Of a DNA stretch of 64,000 nucleotides, positions 1-32,281 are shown one piece after another. This DNA comes from Salpingoeca rosetta (Eukaryota; Protista; Choanoflagellata), in NCBI GenBank assembly GCA_033442325.1, contig JAWQFM010000003.1:1270473-1334472 (forward strand). Reading direction: 5' to 3'. Below the pieces are notes generated by a model, which was not told the DNA's origin, did not search any database, and was given only the letters and a program-made list of their open reading frames with translations. The position numbers were made by a program, and so were the translations under genes. How positions within the stretch are numbered: the first letter of the stretch is position 1; every line of letters begins with the position of its first letter.

Positions 1-628
1 GGCATCATCCGGTGTGTGTGTGCGCGTGTTTGTGAACTTGCATCAAAGATGTGTGTGCTTCTGCACCACGACTGCAGCCCCGGTGTCGTTGTGGCACTTG
101 CAGCATTCACTTACGCAGCCAACTTTGCCGTTGCTGTGTTGTGTTTTGATCAGGGTACAAGACATTCGCTCCATCGAGCGCAACAAAGTTGCCGTGTACA
201 CATCCTTCCGCCCTGGCGATATCGTTTTGGCACGCGTGGTACGAGTTGCTGTTGCTGTCTCTCGGTTGCCTGCGTGTGTATTGCGAGTTGCAAGAGCAAG
301 ATGTACACGAGTTTGCGAGAGCGTGTCCAAAATGAGCAGGAGGGGTGTGTAACCATATGAAATGGTTACCTTCACAGCAGCCACCCACCCCACTCATCGT
401 CACGGGTATGTTGGCGCTGTGCTGGGCAGATCTCGCTCGGTGATGCGCGCAGCTACTACCTCTCCACTGCGGAGAAGGGCTTTGGTGTCGTGTCGGCAAG
501 AAGTGAAGCTGGTGGGTTGCACTTCTGCGCGCGTGCATGTGTGTGTGTGTGTTGTGTGTGTGTTGACGTATGCGCGTGCGCATGTGTGTGCACGTGTGAA
601 CGTTCGTGTGTGCATCCATTTATGGACA

Positions 629-703
<75 letters not shown>

Positions 704-1080
704 TTCGTTTCCCCATTTCATGCCAACCCATCGTGTGAATTGCAGGTGTGTTGATGAAACCTGTTGCGTTGATGGAGATGGAGTGCCCAAAGACAAGGGC
801 GAGGGTAAGTCTAATCGCTGCTGTGCGCCAATGCGTGCTGGGTGCTGTGTGTGCATGTGTTGATGCTCGTGTCAGTTTGTGTCTGGCATGCTTCGTATGT
901 GCGTGTTGTGCACGTGTGCGCGTGCGCAGCCCCTCTTGTGTGCATTTCTGGAGGTCAGGTGACATGTGTGACGACCACGCTGGGGCACAGAAAGCAGCGA
1001 AAATCGCGCTAATTGCGGAAGACGACACGGCGGAAGAAGAGAGCGATCGAGCCATGGATACCAGCACCACCACGTCGTAA
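1..1080 (+). CDS. CSL4: Exosome complex component CSL4/EXOSC1, 3' part (5' end outside window), multi-exon
   Basis: Exons join as GIIR | VQDIRSIERNKVAVYTSFRPGDIVLARV | ISLGDARSYYLSTAEKGFGVVSARSEA | GVLMKPVALMEMECPKTRAR | KAAKI...TTTS*. This matches the S1 domain plus C-terminal zinc-ribbon of Csl4 (SFRPGDIVLAKVISLGD...M.CPKT). Stop TAA at 1078-1080. Confidence 0.9.
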
Positions 1081-1496
1081 ACAGTCGGTGCGGGTGGCAA
1101 TGCACGTGCTCGTGTTGAACAGTAAAGCAAACCAAGCCACAGTTTATGCTCTGATGCCCCCGAAACGGTATGAAATGCAACCGCACAGACACCCTCCCCC
1201 CCCCCTCTCCTCGTGCAATTGTTTGTCCCCGAAACAACAAAGCACACCCCGAAACTAGAATGGGCCAAAAAAAAAGCCACCAGCACCACCATTAACAGCA
1301 GCAGCAGCAGGGGGGGGGCACCAACCCTCAAAAAAAATTAATGAAGAATGAAAGCTACAAAGGCGAAACAGCAGCGCTCAAAGAATGCATGCGACTGCAA
1401 GTGTGTGAGCGAGTGCGAGTGCGAGTCTGCATGTGCGCGAGAGGCAGAGACAGACGTGCGTGCGAATGCGCGAGTGCGTGCGCGTGCGTACGCGTG

Positions 1497-1731
1497 CTAG
1501 AGTTTGTCGGCAGCGGCAGCGGCGATCTGCTTGATGTCGCGGAACGCGCGGGGTTTGTGGTGCTGCGAATACTTGAGTCCAAGCAGATCAGCAACCTGAT
1601 CGCGTTGGCCCAAGTGGAAGTTGGCAAGGGGGGGGGGGCAACAACAGGAGTGTGCATTGTGTTGGCATGTGGGCATGTGAGCAAGGGTTAATTGATTTCA
1701 GGCAATAATGCCACGAAACAACAGAACACGG

Positions 1732-1808
<77 letters not shown>

Positions 1809-3446
1809 CACACACGCACGTGCACACCCCAGCAGACGAACATCATCACGGCCACGATGGGGCACCACCACCGCCACCGCCACCACCACCAACGACGACA
1901 ACAACAGTCGCAAAAGCAGCAGCATCAGCGCACCTCGTCAAGCGCCTCGCAGCGCCTGGGTCGAGCTGCTCGCGCGTGTGCGACGCAAAAATACAGAAAG
2001 CGGACGCGGGACTCGACAATCGGGGGTGGGCGGGTAGCCGACGACGACAACAGAATGCGCGCTTCTTCNNNNNNNNNNNNNNNNNNNNNNNNNNNNNNNN
2101 NNNNNNNNNNNNNNNNNNNNNNNNNNNNNNNNNNNNNNNNNNNNNNNNNNNNNNNNNNNNNNNNNNNNNNNNNNNNNNNNNNNNNNNNNNNNNNNNNNNN
2201 NNNNNNNNNNNNNNNNNNNNNNNNNNNNNNNNNNNNNNNNNNNNNNNNNNNNNNNNNNNNNNNNNNNNNNNNNNNNNNNNNNNNNNNNNNNNNNNNNNNN
2301 NNNNNNNNNNNNNNNNNNNNNNNNNNNNNNNNNNNNNNNNNNNNNNNNNNNNNNNNNNNNNNNNNNNNNNNNNNNNNNNNNNNNNNNNNNNNNNNNNNNN
2401 NNNNNNNNNNNNNNNNNNNNNNNNNNNNNNNNNNNNNNNNNNNNNNNNNNNNNNNNNNNNNNNNNNNNNNNNNNNNNNNNNNNNNNNNNNNNNNNNNNNN
2501 NNNNNNNNNNNNNNNNNNNNNNNNNNNNNNNNNNNNNNNNNNNNNNNNNNNNNNNNNNNNNNNNNNNNNNNNNNNNNNNNNNNNACACACACACGCACGC
2601 ATGGGGGAGGTGTCAAGGGGAGTATTACCAAAGGATGCAAACGGAGGGGACTGCACACATCCAAGAACCCCCCCCCCGCATGCACACGTACACATGTGTG
2701 CTCACTCACCGCTGGCTGTGGGAATGGGCGCGAATGCGGTCAATAATGACCTGCGAAATCAACACACGATGCAGGTGAGCGGTAACGACAGCAGGAACGT
2801 CGTACCGAATGCATGTGTACACGAATATGTGCACACACACACACACGTACACACACGCGCACGCACACATCATTCCCCTTCGTCTCAACACATGAACAAA
2901 ATTATTGACACCATCACCAGCAACCCTTCACCTCCCTTTCCTCCTGTCCTCCTTCGTTCCATCTCACCTTGTCTGCGGCAATGTAGCCACCAGCGCCCCC
3001 AAAGCTCTTGGTAAACGTGCCCATCATGATATCGATGTCATTCACGTCGCAGCCAAAGTGCTCCACAACCCCGCGACCGGTTGGGCCGAGCGCGCCGATG
3101 CTGTGCGCCTCGTCCAAGTACACATACGCGCCGTACTTCTTCTTCAGGCGAATGACCTCCGGCAGGTTCACCAGCGAGCCCTCCATGCTGTACACGCCCT
3201 CCACCACAATCAGAATCTTGCGCCAGGGGCGGTGCGTGCGTGGCTGGCCCTCGATGATGGACGTGCGCAGGATGCTCTCAAGATGCTCCATGTCTGATCA
3301 GCGTCGGTGGCGTATTGACCATGGTGTTGGTGGCAGCGGTGGTGGTGACGGTGGTGGCAACGGCAACGCACGTGAGCATGCTTTGGGTGCTGAGGCGGAA
3401 TGTGCATTTACAGCACACATGTACGCACACACACACACACACACAC

Positions 3447-3477
<31 letters not shown>

Positions 3478-4882
3478 AATGCAAATGCACGAACAGCAGG
3501 CTGCACTGCCCAACCAACCGTTGTGGCGGAAGACCTTGATCTTTGCGCCGGTGAGGCGGGCGCCAAGGACGAGGGAGGCATGGTTCAACTCGTCGCTGAT
3601 CAGCAGACACCCCTACACGAACACATGCACATGCATACAGTGCAAGCATGGTTGTGGGTGGATGGGTGAGTCGTGGGTTAGAATGAGCGCACACACGAGA
3701 AAGGAAAATGCCAATCTGCCGAGCACCAAAACAATGGAGGCACACAGACACAGATACAGGCACATACACACACACATTTACACAGACATACACGCGCAAA
3801 GGTGAGCGAGCAGCCATGGCATTGAGCACCTTGCCGACGAGGACGGGCATGTTTGTTGAGTTTGTTGCGAATCCCATGCCAAAGACCATTGCATCCTCCT
3901 TGCCAATGAAGCGAGCAACACAGTCCTCAAGCTCCTTGTGAATTGTACTCGTGCCTGAAAGAGTGGCGACGAAGGGGGCACAAGCCGTGGTAATTCTGTG
4001 AGAAGGTGTGACGACACCACGATGCAAACTGGCACCAGTCGAGGGACAGAAGCAGGGGGAGAGACAGACGGATAGAGTAACACATCGACACATGCATGTA
4101 CACACACACATGCACACACACACACACACATATGAGGCAGGCCAAAACGAACCGAGCTCAGCGCGTGGGCTGGAGTAGGTGACACCGTACTTCTTGATGG
4201 CATCAATGGTGGCGTCGGCACAGGGGCCTGACGATGACGATGATGGTGGTGGTGGTGGTAATGGTGATAGCAGTTAGCATGTGCATGACAAGAAAGTGGA
4301 TGTGACTGCACCACTCACGAACAACTGCACTGTTGTTGTGGCGCTTGTTGACACGAGTGCGAGCCACTTCATCACTCACACACTACCATGTCCATGGCCT
4401 GCCCAACAATGACGCGCAAGGCGTAAACAAACAAAAGTGGACCACGCACCCTTGTTCTCGGCAAAGCCAAGGTAGTTGTATGATCCGAGGTTGATGTACG
4501 ACTTCTTCTCACCCGTGGGCCTGCACCAACCAAAGCAAATGCGTGTGAGAGCTTGTGGGCGTACTGTCACCGGTTGCTTTTGCTTGCAGCGTGCGCTGCG
4601 TTGAGTGTGCATGTGCGCTCGTGTGTACATGTGCAGGTGACATGCTGTGTACATGTGTACGTGTGTGAATGCGTGCATGCACAAAACTGTGCGGTTGTCT
4701 GGGCAAAGTGTGTATCAACGTACTGGAAGGTCCATCCGTGGTCCTTTGATTCGCGCTCGACAAGGGTGAAGGTGGAGCCAGGCGTGCTGCAGATGGGGCG
4801 GTTCCAGCAGTCGCGGATGCGGCGGTACAGGTTGCGGGTGTAGAACGCCTCAAAGTCGCGGTACAGTGGCGGGAAGCTCTGG

Positions 4883-4949
<67 letters not shown>

Positions 4950-5692
4950 GCGTGCGTGCGTGCATGTGGTTGTGGTGTTGGCAAGGCGTGTGAGATTTAG
5001 CAGAGCAGCAGGGGAATGAGCAAGCAGCGCGGCAATCAGAAAACAGCGGCTGACTGGGGCGGGGGAAACACGCACACACCCTCGCAGACAACACTGTTGC
5101 AGACACCCTCGCAGACAACACTGTTGCAGACACAAGCGCAGCATCACAGACACACACACACACACACGGACACAGACACAGACACAGACCCACACAGACA
5201 GCCACATGCTGGCAGCACTGAGGCTCACCTTCATCTTGCTCATTTCCTTGGCGGTCTTGGACTGCTCGAAGTTGTGGTTGCGCATAAAGTCGCGAAGGCG
5301 GCCGTACAGGAAGAGCACCGCGTATCCAAGGTACGTCATCACCGCCACCCAAAAGGGCGTTGGCTCAAAGTCCTGCATGCACAGCGGCGCGGGAAACCAA
5401 AACCAGGCATACAGCATGGCAGCAACAAAGTTTGCATGAGCGTACACAATACCAGGCGCACACAAGACCTGGACAACCGGTTACTGGCTGGCACTCCTGA
5501 CATGCATGTCATTGCCTTCCAGCACACAAAACAAAGTACATGCACCGCGCGCACACATACATACACAGACAACAGCACACACACACACACATACACACAG
5601 ACATACACATACACAACACGCACCTCCTGAAAGACAGCGCCCTCCTCCTGCTGCTGGCCTTTCTTGGCCTGCTTCTTGGTTGCAGAAGCCAT
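1497..5692 (-). CDS. SPTLC2: Serine palmitoyltransferase subunit 2 (LCB2), multi-exon, interrupted by gap 2069-2584
   Basis: Exons include [98 protein letters not shown] and the PLP-lysine motif MGTFTKSFG. Last exon [11 protein letters not shown]...DKL* at 1497-1595. The exon near 1933-2068 ([22 protein letters not shown]) shows frameshifts next to the gap. Confidence 0.95.
2069..2584. other. Assembly gap (N run)
   Basis: Run of n inside SPTLC2. Confidence 1.
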
Positions 5693-5900
5693 GGTTGTTG
5701 ATGCGGTGGGTCGGTGGCACAACACACAAAGCGAAGAGGCAAAACAACAACAAGGTGTTGCGCTTGCTTTTTTTGGCACACAGAAACTGTCACAGGCGAG
5801 ATAATTCGTGTACATCTCCTACTTATTTTCCGTGCCCGCAACACTTGAACACTGAAAACCATCACGAAGCGGTGAGCGAGCGAGAAGCTGAGAAGCAGGA

Positions 5901-6021
<121 letters not shown>

Positions 6022-6045
6022 CAGCAGTACATCAGCGGCATCATC

Positions 6046-6432
6046 ATGGCGGAGAAGAATGTGGTGCACAAGCGCATCGTGTATGGAAACACGGCACACA
6101 TCATTGAACGATCGCCAGACTCGCCACACACGCACGAGTGGAAGCTTTACGTCCAAAGCGCAACCAACGAGGTACGGTGTGTGCGCGCGGCGCATGCTCG
6201 AGCTGATGATGCGACCCTTCAAGTCCAGACACACAAGCCATGTATGGATGCGTCCAAACACACAGACCATGGGTGTATGTGTAATCACTCACACGCGAGC
6301 ACCTCTTCCACTCACACCCAAACACACACACACACACACATGTGCAACCATATGTGCAGCCACTGGAGAACTTTGTGAAGAAGGTGACATTCACGTTGCA
6401 CCCCAGCTTCAAACCCCCAACACGAGGTCGTG

Positions 6433-6465
<33 letters not shown>

Positions 6466-7609
6466 CAATGAGCATATGTGTCCTAGTGATTGCGTATCCA
6501 TGTGTTTTCTACCGCAGACTCATGTTGGTGATTCTACATTTGTACGCAGTCGTGGATAAGCCGCCCTTCCAAGTTGTGGAGAATGGCTGGGGCGAATTCG
6601 AGGCACAAATCAAAATTCAGTTCCACCCAACAACCCTCAAGTCGGTGAGTCCAGTGGGTTTATGTTGTGTGGATGTGCGTGTGTGTGTATTTTTGCGTGT
6701 GTCTGTGTGTCTTTGCGTGTTTGTGCATGCCTTGATTTGTGTTGGACAGTCGTGTCGCTTGAATGACATATGTTTTCGCTTTCCTTCTTGTGTCCGTAAT
6801 CTCCGCTCTTCGCCGCACCCGCCTGCAGATGACGCTTCGACACATTGTGCGGCTGTTCCCGAGCGACAAAACCATCACCGCCGACGACAACTCCGTTGTC
6901 GCGGAGAGCTTTGACGAGCTGGTGTGTGTTTGTGCTTGTGTGCGTGTGCTTGTGCATGCGCCTGTGGGTGGGCAGCTGGTTCTTAGCTGCTGTTTTCTTT
7001 CTTGCTGCTTGACGGCTTGTCAGCGCCTCATCTGCTCACCTCATACACATCATACACACGCACACACACGCACACGCACACACACACACACACGCACACA
7101 CACACGCACACGCACACACACACACACACACGCACACATCACACCTCCTCTGATTTGTTGTGAACCCATGCTGCCAGGTGTTTTCCAACCCTTCTGATTC
7201 CATGGCCAAGTACCTCAACAAAGAGCCGAGCCCCATGCTGCAGCCCCGCGCTCGTGATTGTATGTTCTTGCGTCATTTGCGGACAAGGAACAGCCAAGTG
7301 TTGTTGAACTTTATCTTCCCCCCCCCTCTTGCCTCCCCGCGTCCGCTCAACTGAGCATGTAGTTATCACTTGTCCATCTACTCCTGACGTGTCTGTTTGT
7401 TCATTTGCATGTGTGTGTGCATGGCACAGATGCCGCAGTGGAAACGCAGCAGCTGAAGGCAATACAGGCGGCGAAAGCAGACTTGGAGGCGCAAATGGCA
7501 GCCGTACAAAAACAGCACAAGGTGCGTACACAAGCGCTTGTGCGTGTTTGCGTGTGTTTGCATTTGTGTGTTTGCATTTGTGTTTTTGTAAGTTTGTGTT
7601 TGCGCGTTT

Positions 7610-7648
<39 letters not shown>

Positions 7649-7943
7649 CGTGTGCGTATGTGTGTGTTTGTGTGTTGTCTACAGCTGGTGTTGTCGTGGT
7701 ACAACCATGATTGCCAGATTGCAACAGCCCGACAGCGTCTCGTTCTTTGTGTGACACACTCAGCCTTCATCATGCTCCAAACTCAGACTATCACATGCAC
7801 GCACTCTCATACACGCATATGCACACACACACACACACACACGTGCACGCACACACGCACACTGCGCACCTTGTTTTCAACAGGCTTTGGAAGAGGAATC
7901 GGTTGCCTTGAATCAAGAGCTGGCACAGTTGCAGCGTGAATGA
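6046..7943 (+). CDS. YEATS4: YEATS-domain protein (GAS41/Yaf9 type), 7 exons
   Basis: RIVYGNTA..HTHEWKLYV | PLENFVKKVTFTLHPSFKPPTR | VVDKPPFQVVENGWGEFEAQIKIQF | ...ESFDEL | VFSNPS, then a C-terminal coiled coil ending ELAQLQRE* (TGA 7941-7943). Confidence 0.92.
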
Positions 7944-8573
7944 CTGCTCACCCCCCCCCCAAACACACATCTTTTAACTGACGTGCAATGTACATACATC
8001 CATCCATACATACACATACATGACTGGATAGCTGGAGCATGGACACGAGGCAAGTGGAGAGGGGCAGTCAAGAAAGTGGAGGGGAGCGGCAGAGAAGCAG
8101 GCCACATCAAGGGAGCAACAACACACAACAGCCACAACCACAACAACCACAACAGCAACAACATGCCATCTCCGCAGAAGAACCACCCCCACAAGCTTTG
8201 TTCATGAGCGATGCCGTTTGATTTTCTTTGACAACTTTCTCCGTTCCTCCCTGCACCGCCTCCCACAAACAAAAAAAAAAAAAAAGCCGCGAAAGCACAC
8301 ACAAGAGCAAACAACACATCATCAGTGCAAGGCGTTTGGGGGCTGTGCTTGTGTTTGTTGCCACTCCCACACACCCCTTCTTGTTCTTTCTGTGCATTCA
8401 CACAACACCTCTTCACTTCTTATTGTTATTTGTGCACGAGCGAGTGAGCCAGCGAGCAGCAACGTTTGGGTTTTGTGTGCGTGTGCTTGTGGTGAGGAGC
8501 AGTCGGTGTGGTCAGCAACCCAGTCAACGAAGGACGCCTGTTTTGCTCCCCGTGACGACTTGACTCGTGCATC

Positions 8574-17815
<9,242 letters not shown>

Positions 17816-18670
17816 TTGCGCCGCGTGCAACCTCACCCAATTTAGTGCGGGCACAAACACCCTGCGCACGCTGATTGTTCTCTTTTGGTTTCATGCCAGT
17901 TGTGTTCCCCCCCCCTTCCCCCAAATGTCTTCGCGAGGGCGTGTCGTCCTTCCCACTTGCCTATTGCTTGTTTCCCACTGTATGCTGTTGCACCACACCC
18001 CTTTGTGTCTTATGGCTATTTCTCTACACTCTCTTCGTGTGCGTTTACTCTGTGCGTGTATGGTGCAAGTCCTTGTTCATTGTGAGCCCTCCCCGATGCG
18101 CGCTTGCGTCGGGCACCGTGTGCACAGTGCTCCTGTTGACTCATCAGTCACACGTGCATGCAAAGTATCCCAGTTCTTGGTCACTCGAATGACAGGGCAA
18201 CTGGGATGTTTCGTGCTACTCGTTTTTTCTGTTGTTTGCTGCTTGTGTTTTCGTTTCTTCGAAGCAGTTTGGGCCATGGTTTCATGCTGGTTTCTTGCAA
18301 CACCCCTCTCTTGCTTTCCGCTTGTAGCGCTATTGTTTGGCCGTTTGTGATGCATATGTGTGCAGGTGTGTGATGCGTGTTGAGGACATTTTTGTCCGTA
18401 CTCGTCGCTGGGGCCGCATCACATCACGTGTTGACATTGACACCAGCACAATACAGTTCTTGTTGCTGCGGTTTATTCACACGTCTCATCGTCAGTACAG
18501 GCCATCATCGTTGGCTTATCAAATGTACACCAGAGTCGTTCAGCAGTCACCTCGTTACAAACCCGTTGGGTGTGAGGCTGGGAGCAAGAGTCATTGATTG
18601 GTATGAACAATACGGGACGTAGCCGATCGCACACACACACACACACACGCACACACACACACACGCACAC

Positions 18671-18764
<94 letters not shown>

Positions 18765-18769
18765 TGGCT

Positions 18770-27021
<8,252 letters not shown>

Positions 27022-27638
27022 GGTGTCGAGGTGAGAGGTCGGCGGAGGTTCGTGGCTGCAGCACGGGTGTCCGCAACCATCAGCTCACACACTACCACGT
27101 CTTTGCACGCGCGCACAAAGCGGCGTCGTGGATAGTGAGTGCAATGTAACGTGGGCGCTGCTTGGCGATGAACCTGCCCGCCCAGTGTCCACTTTCAGCT
27201 GCTTGCCGGTGCTATATGTGCTGTTGGGTGGGTTGTGCTTGCGAACAGATTTCCCGCCAGCTTGAGAGTGTCCTTCACTGGCCTGTGCACTGTTGGTGTT
27301 GGTTATCTCTCTCTCTCTTCTCTCTTTCTTGTCGTCTTGTCACCTCTCTCAACCACTCCTGCTGCTGCTGCGTCTCCTCCCCCTCTGTTCTTCTCCCTTT
27401 GTGCTCCTTTGTGTCGATCCTTCCGCTCAAACACCAACCACCAGCCCCACACACCCGCCAACACAATCGTCGCTGGAATTGAGATTTGCGCGCGAACCAG
27501 TCTCGAATATTATGCGTATTTTCAGCTAATTGTCAACAAGCACCGCAGAAAAAGCGGACGGTGTGTGTGTGTGTGTGTGTGTGTGATGAGTGTGCGTGTG
27601 TGTTGAATGTGTGTGTGATGTGTGTGATGTGTGGTGCA

Positions 27639-27647
27639 TCAAGACGC

Positions 27648-27721
<74 letters not shown>

Positions 27722-28856
27722 GGTCTGAACCCAGGATGCCATCGGCATGATCAATGTGTCGTTGAATCTCAGCAGCCAAAGACTCGCGCTGTTGAATCTG
27801 CTCCATCAGCATCACCTTCACGGTTTCCATGGCCTGGCATGTGTGTGTGTGTGTGTGCATGCATGCAATGCGTTTGAGTTGTGACTCGCAATGGACTGTC
27901 GAGTCGAACCGCAATACTAGAGAGGGGAGTGCTTGCTTCTGCTGCGAGCGTCGCACCTGGTGAGGGCGGAATTCGTTGACGAGGTGATGGATGTTGAAGA
28001 AGATGACGCGTAGCCGCTCCAACGCCGCATTCCTCTGAGCAAGGAAAACAAAATGAGTGCGCACGCACACACACACACACACACACACACTCGCAAGTAC
28101 AGAGCAGCACACACTCACACAATCACTAACTAACACACACACACACACACACACACACTCGCAAGCACAGAACAGCACACGCACACGCAAGCACAGAACA
28201 GCACACGCACACGCAAGAGTACACGCACGCACTGGCTTTCAGGCATAAACACACACACACATACACACACGCACACGCACACATACCTGATCAATAGCAC
28301 CGGCTGTTGCATGGTCCAACACCTCAAGAAAAGCCTTGAGCCCCTCCTTATTCAGCCGTTTGATTTCCTGTGCATGAGCTTGAGATTGGCATATCCAGTG
28401 ACAGGTGCGTGACACGTATTGTCAACTGCATTGTAAGCTACACTGCAACAGATTGTGCCGACAAGAATTCTCAAGCGTGCAGTAACATCAACACACGCAA
28501 ATATACACACGCACACAAGTACGAGGGCACCACGACACAAGCAAGCAAACCAACAAACAAAGTGCACAACCAACATACTTGAGTGTTCCAAGTCAGCCAT
28601 GACCGGCAATCCACTGTCCTTGAGAGCAGGCAACATCATGGTCTCCAGCTGACAATCACGCGGATAGCATAAATGACACGGCAGGAGTAAGCGGACGCTG
28701 CAATCAAGGAATGCAAACACTGTCCATGGGGCCACAGCAGCAGTGCATGCATGAACACTGTCAAGCTTATATTGCCGTTGGCACACACATGCAACCACGG
28801 CAAGACACATATAGGCTGGAGCGCACAAACACGAAAGCGCACACTGCACGCGCATA

Positions 28857-28926
<70 letters not shown>

Positions 28927-29321
28927 CGACACAGGTGACACTTTTCAACCATCGCACGCTCCATTACATTCACGGGTTGGCCGTAGAGAAGGAACTGTGG
29001 CCCGGGAGGTGCAGGCGGCGCGGGCGCCGTGCCATTTTCAACGGCTACAACCCCACCATCGGGTGCGGACACGCGAACATCATCGCGCGCACATCAGACA
29101 ATGCCAACCACGCAAGCATCGAAGTGTCATGTCAGTGTCGCAGCCAAGGTCGCGGTAACGTTCACCGCTTGACGTTCATACAAACACGAAGAAGGATTGC
29201 CACCGAAACTGGAAATTGCACGCATACACACGAGCCACTGCGCAGCCTTCAAGCCCTCAACCCACGCACCTTCATCTGTGTACTGTTGGTAGAAGACTGG
29301 CGGTGCCGGGAAGTCACCCAT
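27639..29321 (-). CDS. MED7: Mediator subunit MED7, 6 exons, C-terminal polyQ
   Basis: MGDFPAPPVFYQQYTDE, PPAPPGPQFLLYG, EIKRLNKEGLKAFLEVLD, signature IFFNIHHLVNEFRPHQ | AMETVKVMLMEQ. Confidence 0.93.
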
Positions 29322-29495
29322 GGCGATGGATGACAGCGAGCGAGAGCAGCGATGACGTGCGAGAGAAGTCAAGCAAGAACCAGCCAGCGGACGTTTGATG
29401 CGGTTGTGGATGATTTGTGAACGTTTTCTTTCTATTTTCGGCACAACGCGGTCCGTGCTCACTTCACACACCAACAACACACACGCACGGCAGCC

Positions 29496-30347
29496 ATGTC
29501 GAAGCGGCCGCGTGTGGAGCGGCGCCCACGGCTTGGGCCAGCGATATACGACAATGCCAAGCGGTTGAGACAGAAGCAGAGTATCTTGGACACGCTCATG
29601 AAGACAAGTACGTCGCTGCTGGTCGCGTGCCTCCTCACGCACGCTGGGAACGTTCCGAGTCACACATGTGGTGCACATGTGCTTGTGTGGATGTGGTGTG
29701 GGGAGGGGGGTTGCAACGCGCTGCGAACATGAACAACTTTCCTGACAACGCACACGCACACACACACACACACACACACATACACATACACACACACGCA
29801 CACGCACACGCACACATACACACACACGCGCACACGCACACGCACACGCACACGCACACACACACACACACATACACATACACACACACGCACACGCGCA
29901 CACGCACACACATGCACACACACACGCACACACGCGCATACATACATAACTTTGTGCGCTTGGTGGACGGTTTGCGTTTGCGTTTCGCAGAAGCCTTCAC
30001 AGAGTCGTGGTCCTACTTGCAGCGATTCGGCATTACTTGGCATGTGAGTGTGTGAAAGGCAGACATGCGCTTGCTGTCAAGCTACCATTGCGAGCGTGAT
30101 GGCTGTGTGAAGAGCTCCTGGAAGCAAGCCGCGTTAGCCGCCTTTGACGACTGCGTTTGCGCTCACCCATTGTTCCTTCCTGCTGCTTGTGAACAGTGGA
30201 GAACAAAACCATGGCTGGTTCCCGAGTCCGAGGACCGCGACTACATGAGTGCAAACGAAAAGGTACGTTCAATGAATACCTGCCCTTGTGCGTCTGTGCG
30301 TCTCTGTGTGTGCGTGTGTGGGTGGGTGGGTGGGTATGTGCTTGCGC

Positions 30348-30406
<59 letters not shown>

Positions 30407-32042
30407 CTGCCCTCTCCTTAAATTCTTAGTGGAAAGAGAGGTGGCATGTGCTTAATATCCGATGCAAGATACAACTAATGTAAAGATCTCGTAAGCCTCG
30501 CTATGTGCACGTAATTCACTCGAGCAGATTATTTTTTTTTTGTTATGCTGAGACGTGCCGTTATAATCTATTAAAAAAATANNNNNNNNNNNNNNNNNNN
30601 NNNNNNNNNNNNNNNNNNNNNNNNNNNNNNNNNNNNNNNNNNNNNNNNNNNNNNNNNNNNNNNNNNNNNNNNNNNNNNNNNNNNNNNNNNNNNNNNNNNN
30701 NNNNNNNNNNNNNNNNNNNNNNNNNNNNNNNNNNNNNNNNNNNNNNNNNNNNNNNNNNNNNNNNNNNNNNNNNNNNNNNNNNNNNNNNNNNNNNNNNNNN
30801 NNNNNNNNNNNNNNNNNNNNNNNNNNNNNNNNNNNNNNNNNNNNNNNNNNNNNNNNNNNNNNNNNNNNNNNNNNNNNNNNNNNNNNNNNNNNNNNNNNNN
30901 NNNNNNNNNNNNNNNNNNNNNNNNNNNNNNNNNNNNNNNNNNNNNNNNNNNNNNNNNNNNNNNNNNNNNNNNNNNNNNNNNNNNNNNNNNNNNNNNNNNN
31001 NNNNNNNNNNNNNNNNNNNNNNNNNNNNNNNNNNNNNNNNNNNNNNNNNNNNNNNNNNNNNNNNNNNNNNNNNNNNNNNNNNNNNNNNNNNNNNNNNNNN
31101 NNNNNNNNNNNNNNNNNNNNNNNNNNNNNNNNNNNNNNNNNNNNNNNNNNNNNNNNNNNNTCATGACAGTGTGCCTGCAGACAAGTGACCTCTCATACTT
31201 GTTTCGTCGTGCAGTTGCGGTTGTTGAGTTGTTGGGTGCTATTTGCAGGTTGAGGAGTGTGCTTGGCTATGGGACCCATTGCGAGCTTGTTTCTCCTTCA
31301 TTACCCTCTGTACGTGCACTGCCTCCCTCATTTTCTCGCGGACTCACGCACGCACGCACTCGTTCGGTTGCTGCTGCCAGCGGAGCAAATCGAGGGCCCC
31401 TACATGGACGCGGCACGGTTGCACCTTAAGCGATATGTCCTTCGGCAAAAGCAGATGAAGCAGGTGCTGAAACGGAGCACAGTTTACCGCAAGTGGGACG
31501 CACAGGGCGGCTGCGTCAGAGTGAACTCGCGTGCCTACAAGTACCACGTGCTCACAAAGCCGTGGCTGCCGTCGTATGCGCAGCGAACCGTGTTTCGACC
31601 GCACTCACACAAGAAGCTGAACCTCTGGCTCAGTCAGAAACGGCGCAAGGTGCGACAACCCAAACCAAGAGCACGGCCCAAGACGGCACGGCAACCCAAG
31701 CCCAAAGCAGCACGACAACCCAAGCCCAAGCCCAGGCCCAAGGCGACACGACAGCCCAAGCCCAAGCCCAAGCCCAAGCCCAAGCCCAAGCCCACGCCAC
31801 CAAAGACAGTGCGCAAGCCCAATCCCAATCCCAAACCCAAACCCAAACCCAAACCCAAGGTGGTGATCGACTATGTCATCTCTTCGGACTCATCTGATGA
31901 CGATGATGGCCGGGCTCGTGACACTGGCAACAACGGCCGTGGTGGTGATGGTGGTGGTGATAAGGGTGGTGATAAGGGTGGTGATGGTACCCATGGCGGT
32001 GCTGTTGCCGGTGATGGAGACGACGGCGCGGCAAACAAGTAA
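29496..32042 (+). CDS. Hypothetical basic protein with (PK)n tract and acidic/Gly-rich tail; spans gap 30582-31160
   Basis: Phase-consistent GT-AG exons: [12 protein letters not shown]...MKT | [18 protein letters not shown] | [10 protein letters not shown]...NEK | [20 protein letters not shown] | [10 protein letters not shown]...AANK*. No family recognised; the link across the gap is assumed. Confidence 0.6.
30582..31160. other. Assembly gap (N run)
   Basis: Run of n. Confidence 1.
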
Positions 32043-32121
32043 CGGAATCGCTAATGCATTGATGAGACGTGCCAGAACATATTGCTTGCGTGGATGACTA
32101 TGTTGTCGTTCACACACACAC

Positions 32122-32207
<86 letters not shown>

Positions 32208-32281
32208 ACACCACACCACGCAAACGACGACTGTAAGCGACACCATTAAAAGTAGTCGACTGCGCGCAACGAAAAGCAAAG

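Noticed and set aside
1933-2068. Frameshifts in an SPTLC2 exon suggesting a pseudogene or recoding
   Set aside because: Directly adjacent to a gap in an otherwise intact essential gene; sequencing error is far more likely.
30406-30581. AT-rich block that could be a transposon end
   Set aside because: Follows a TG tract and runs into a gap; no terminal repeat or second copy is visible; consistent with degraded read quality.
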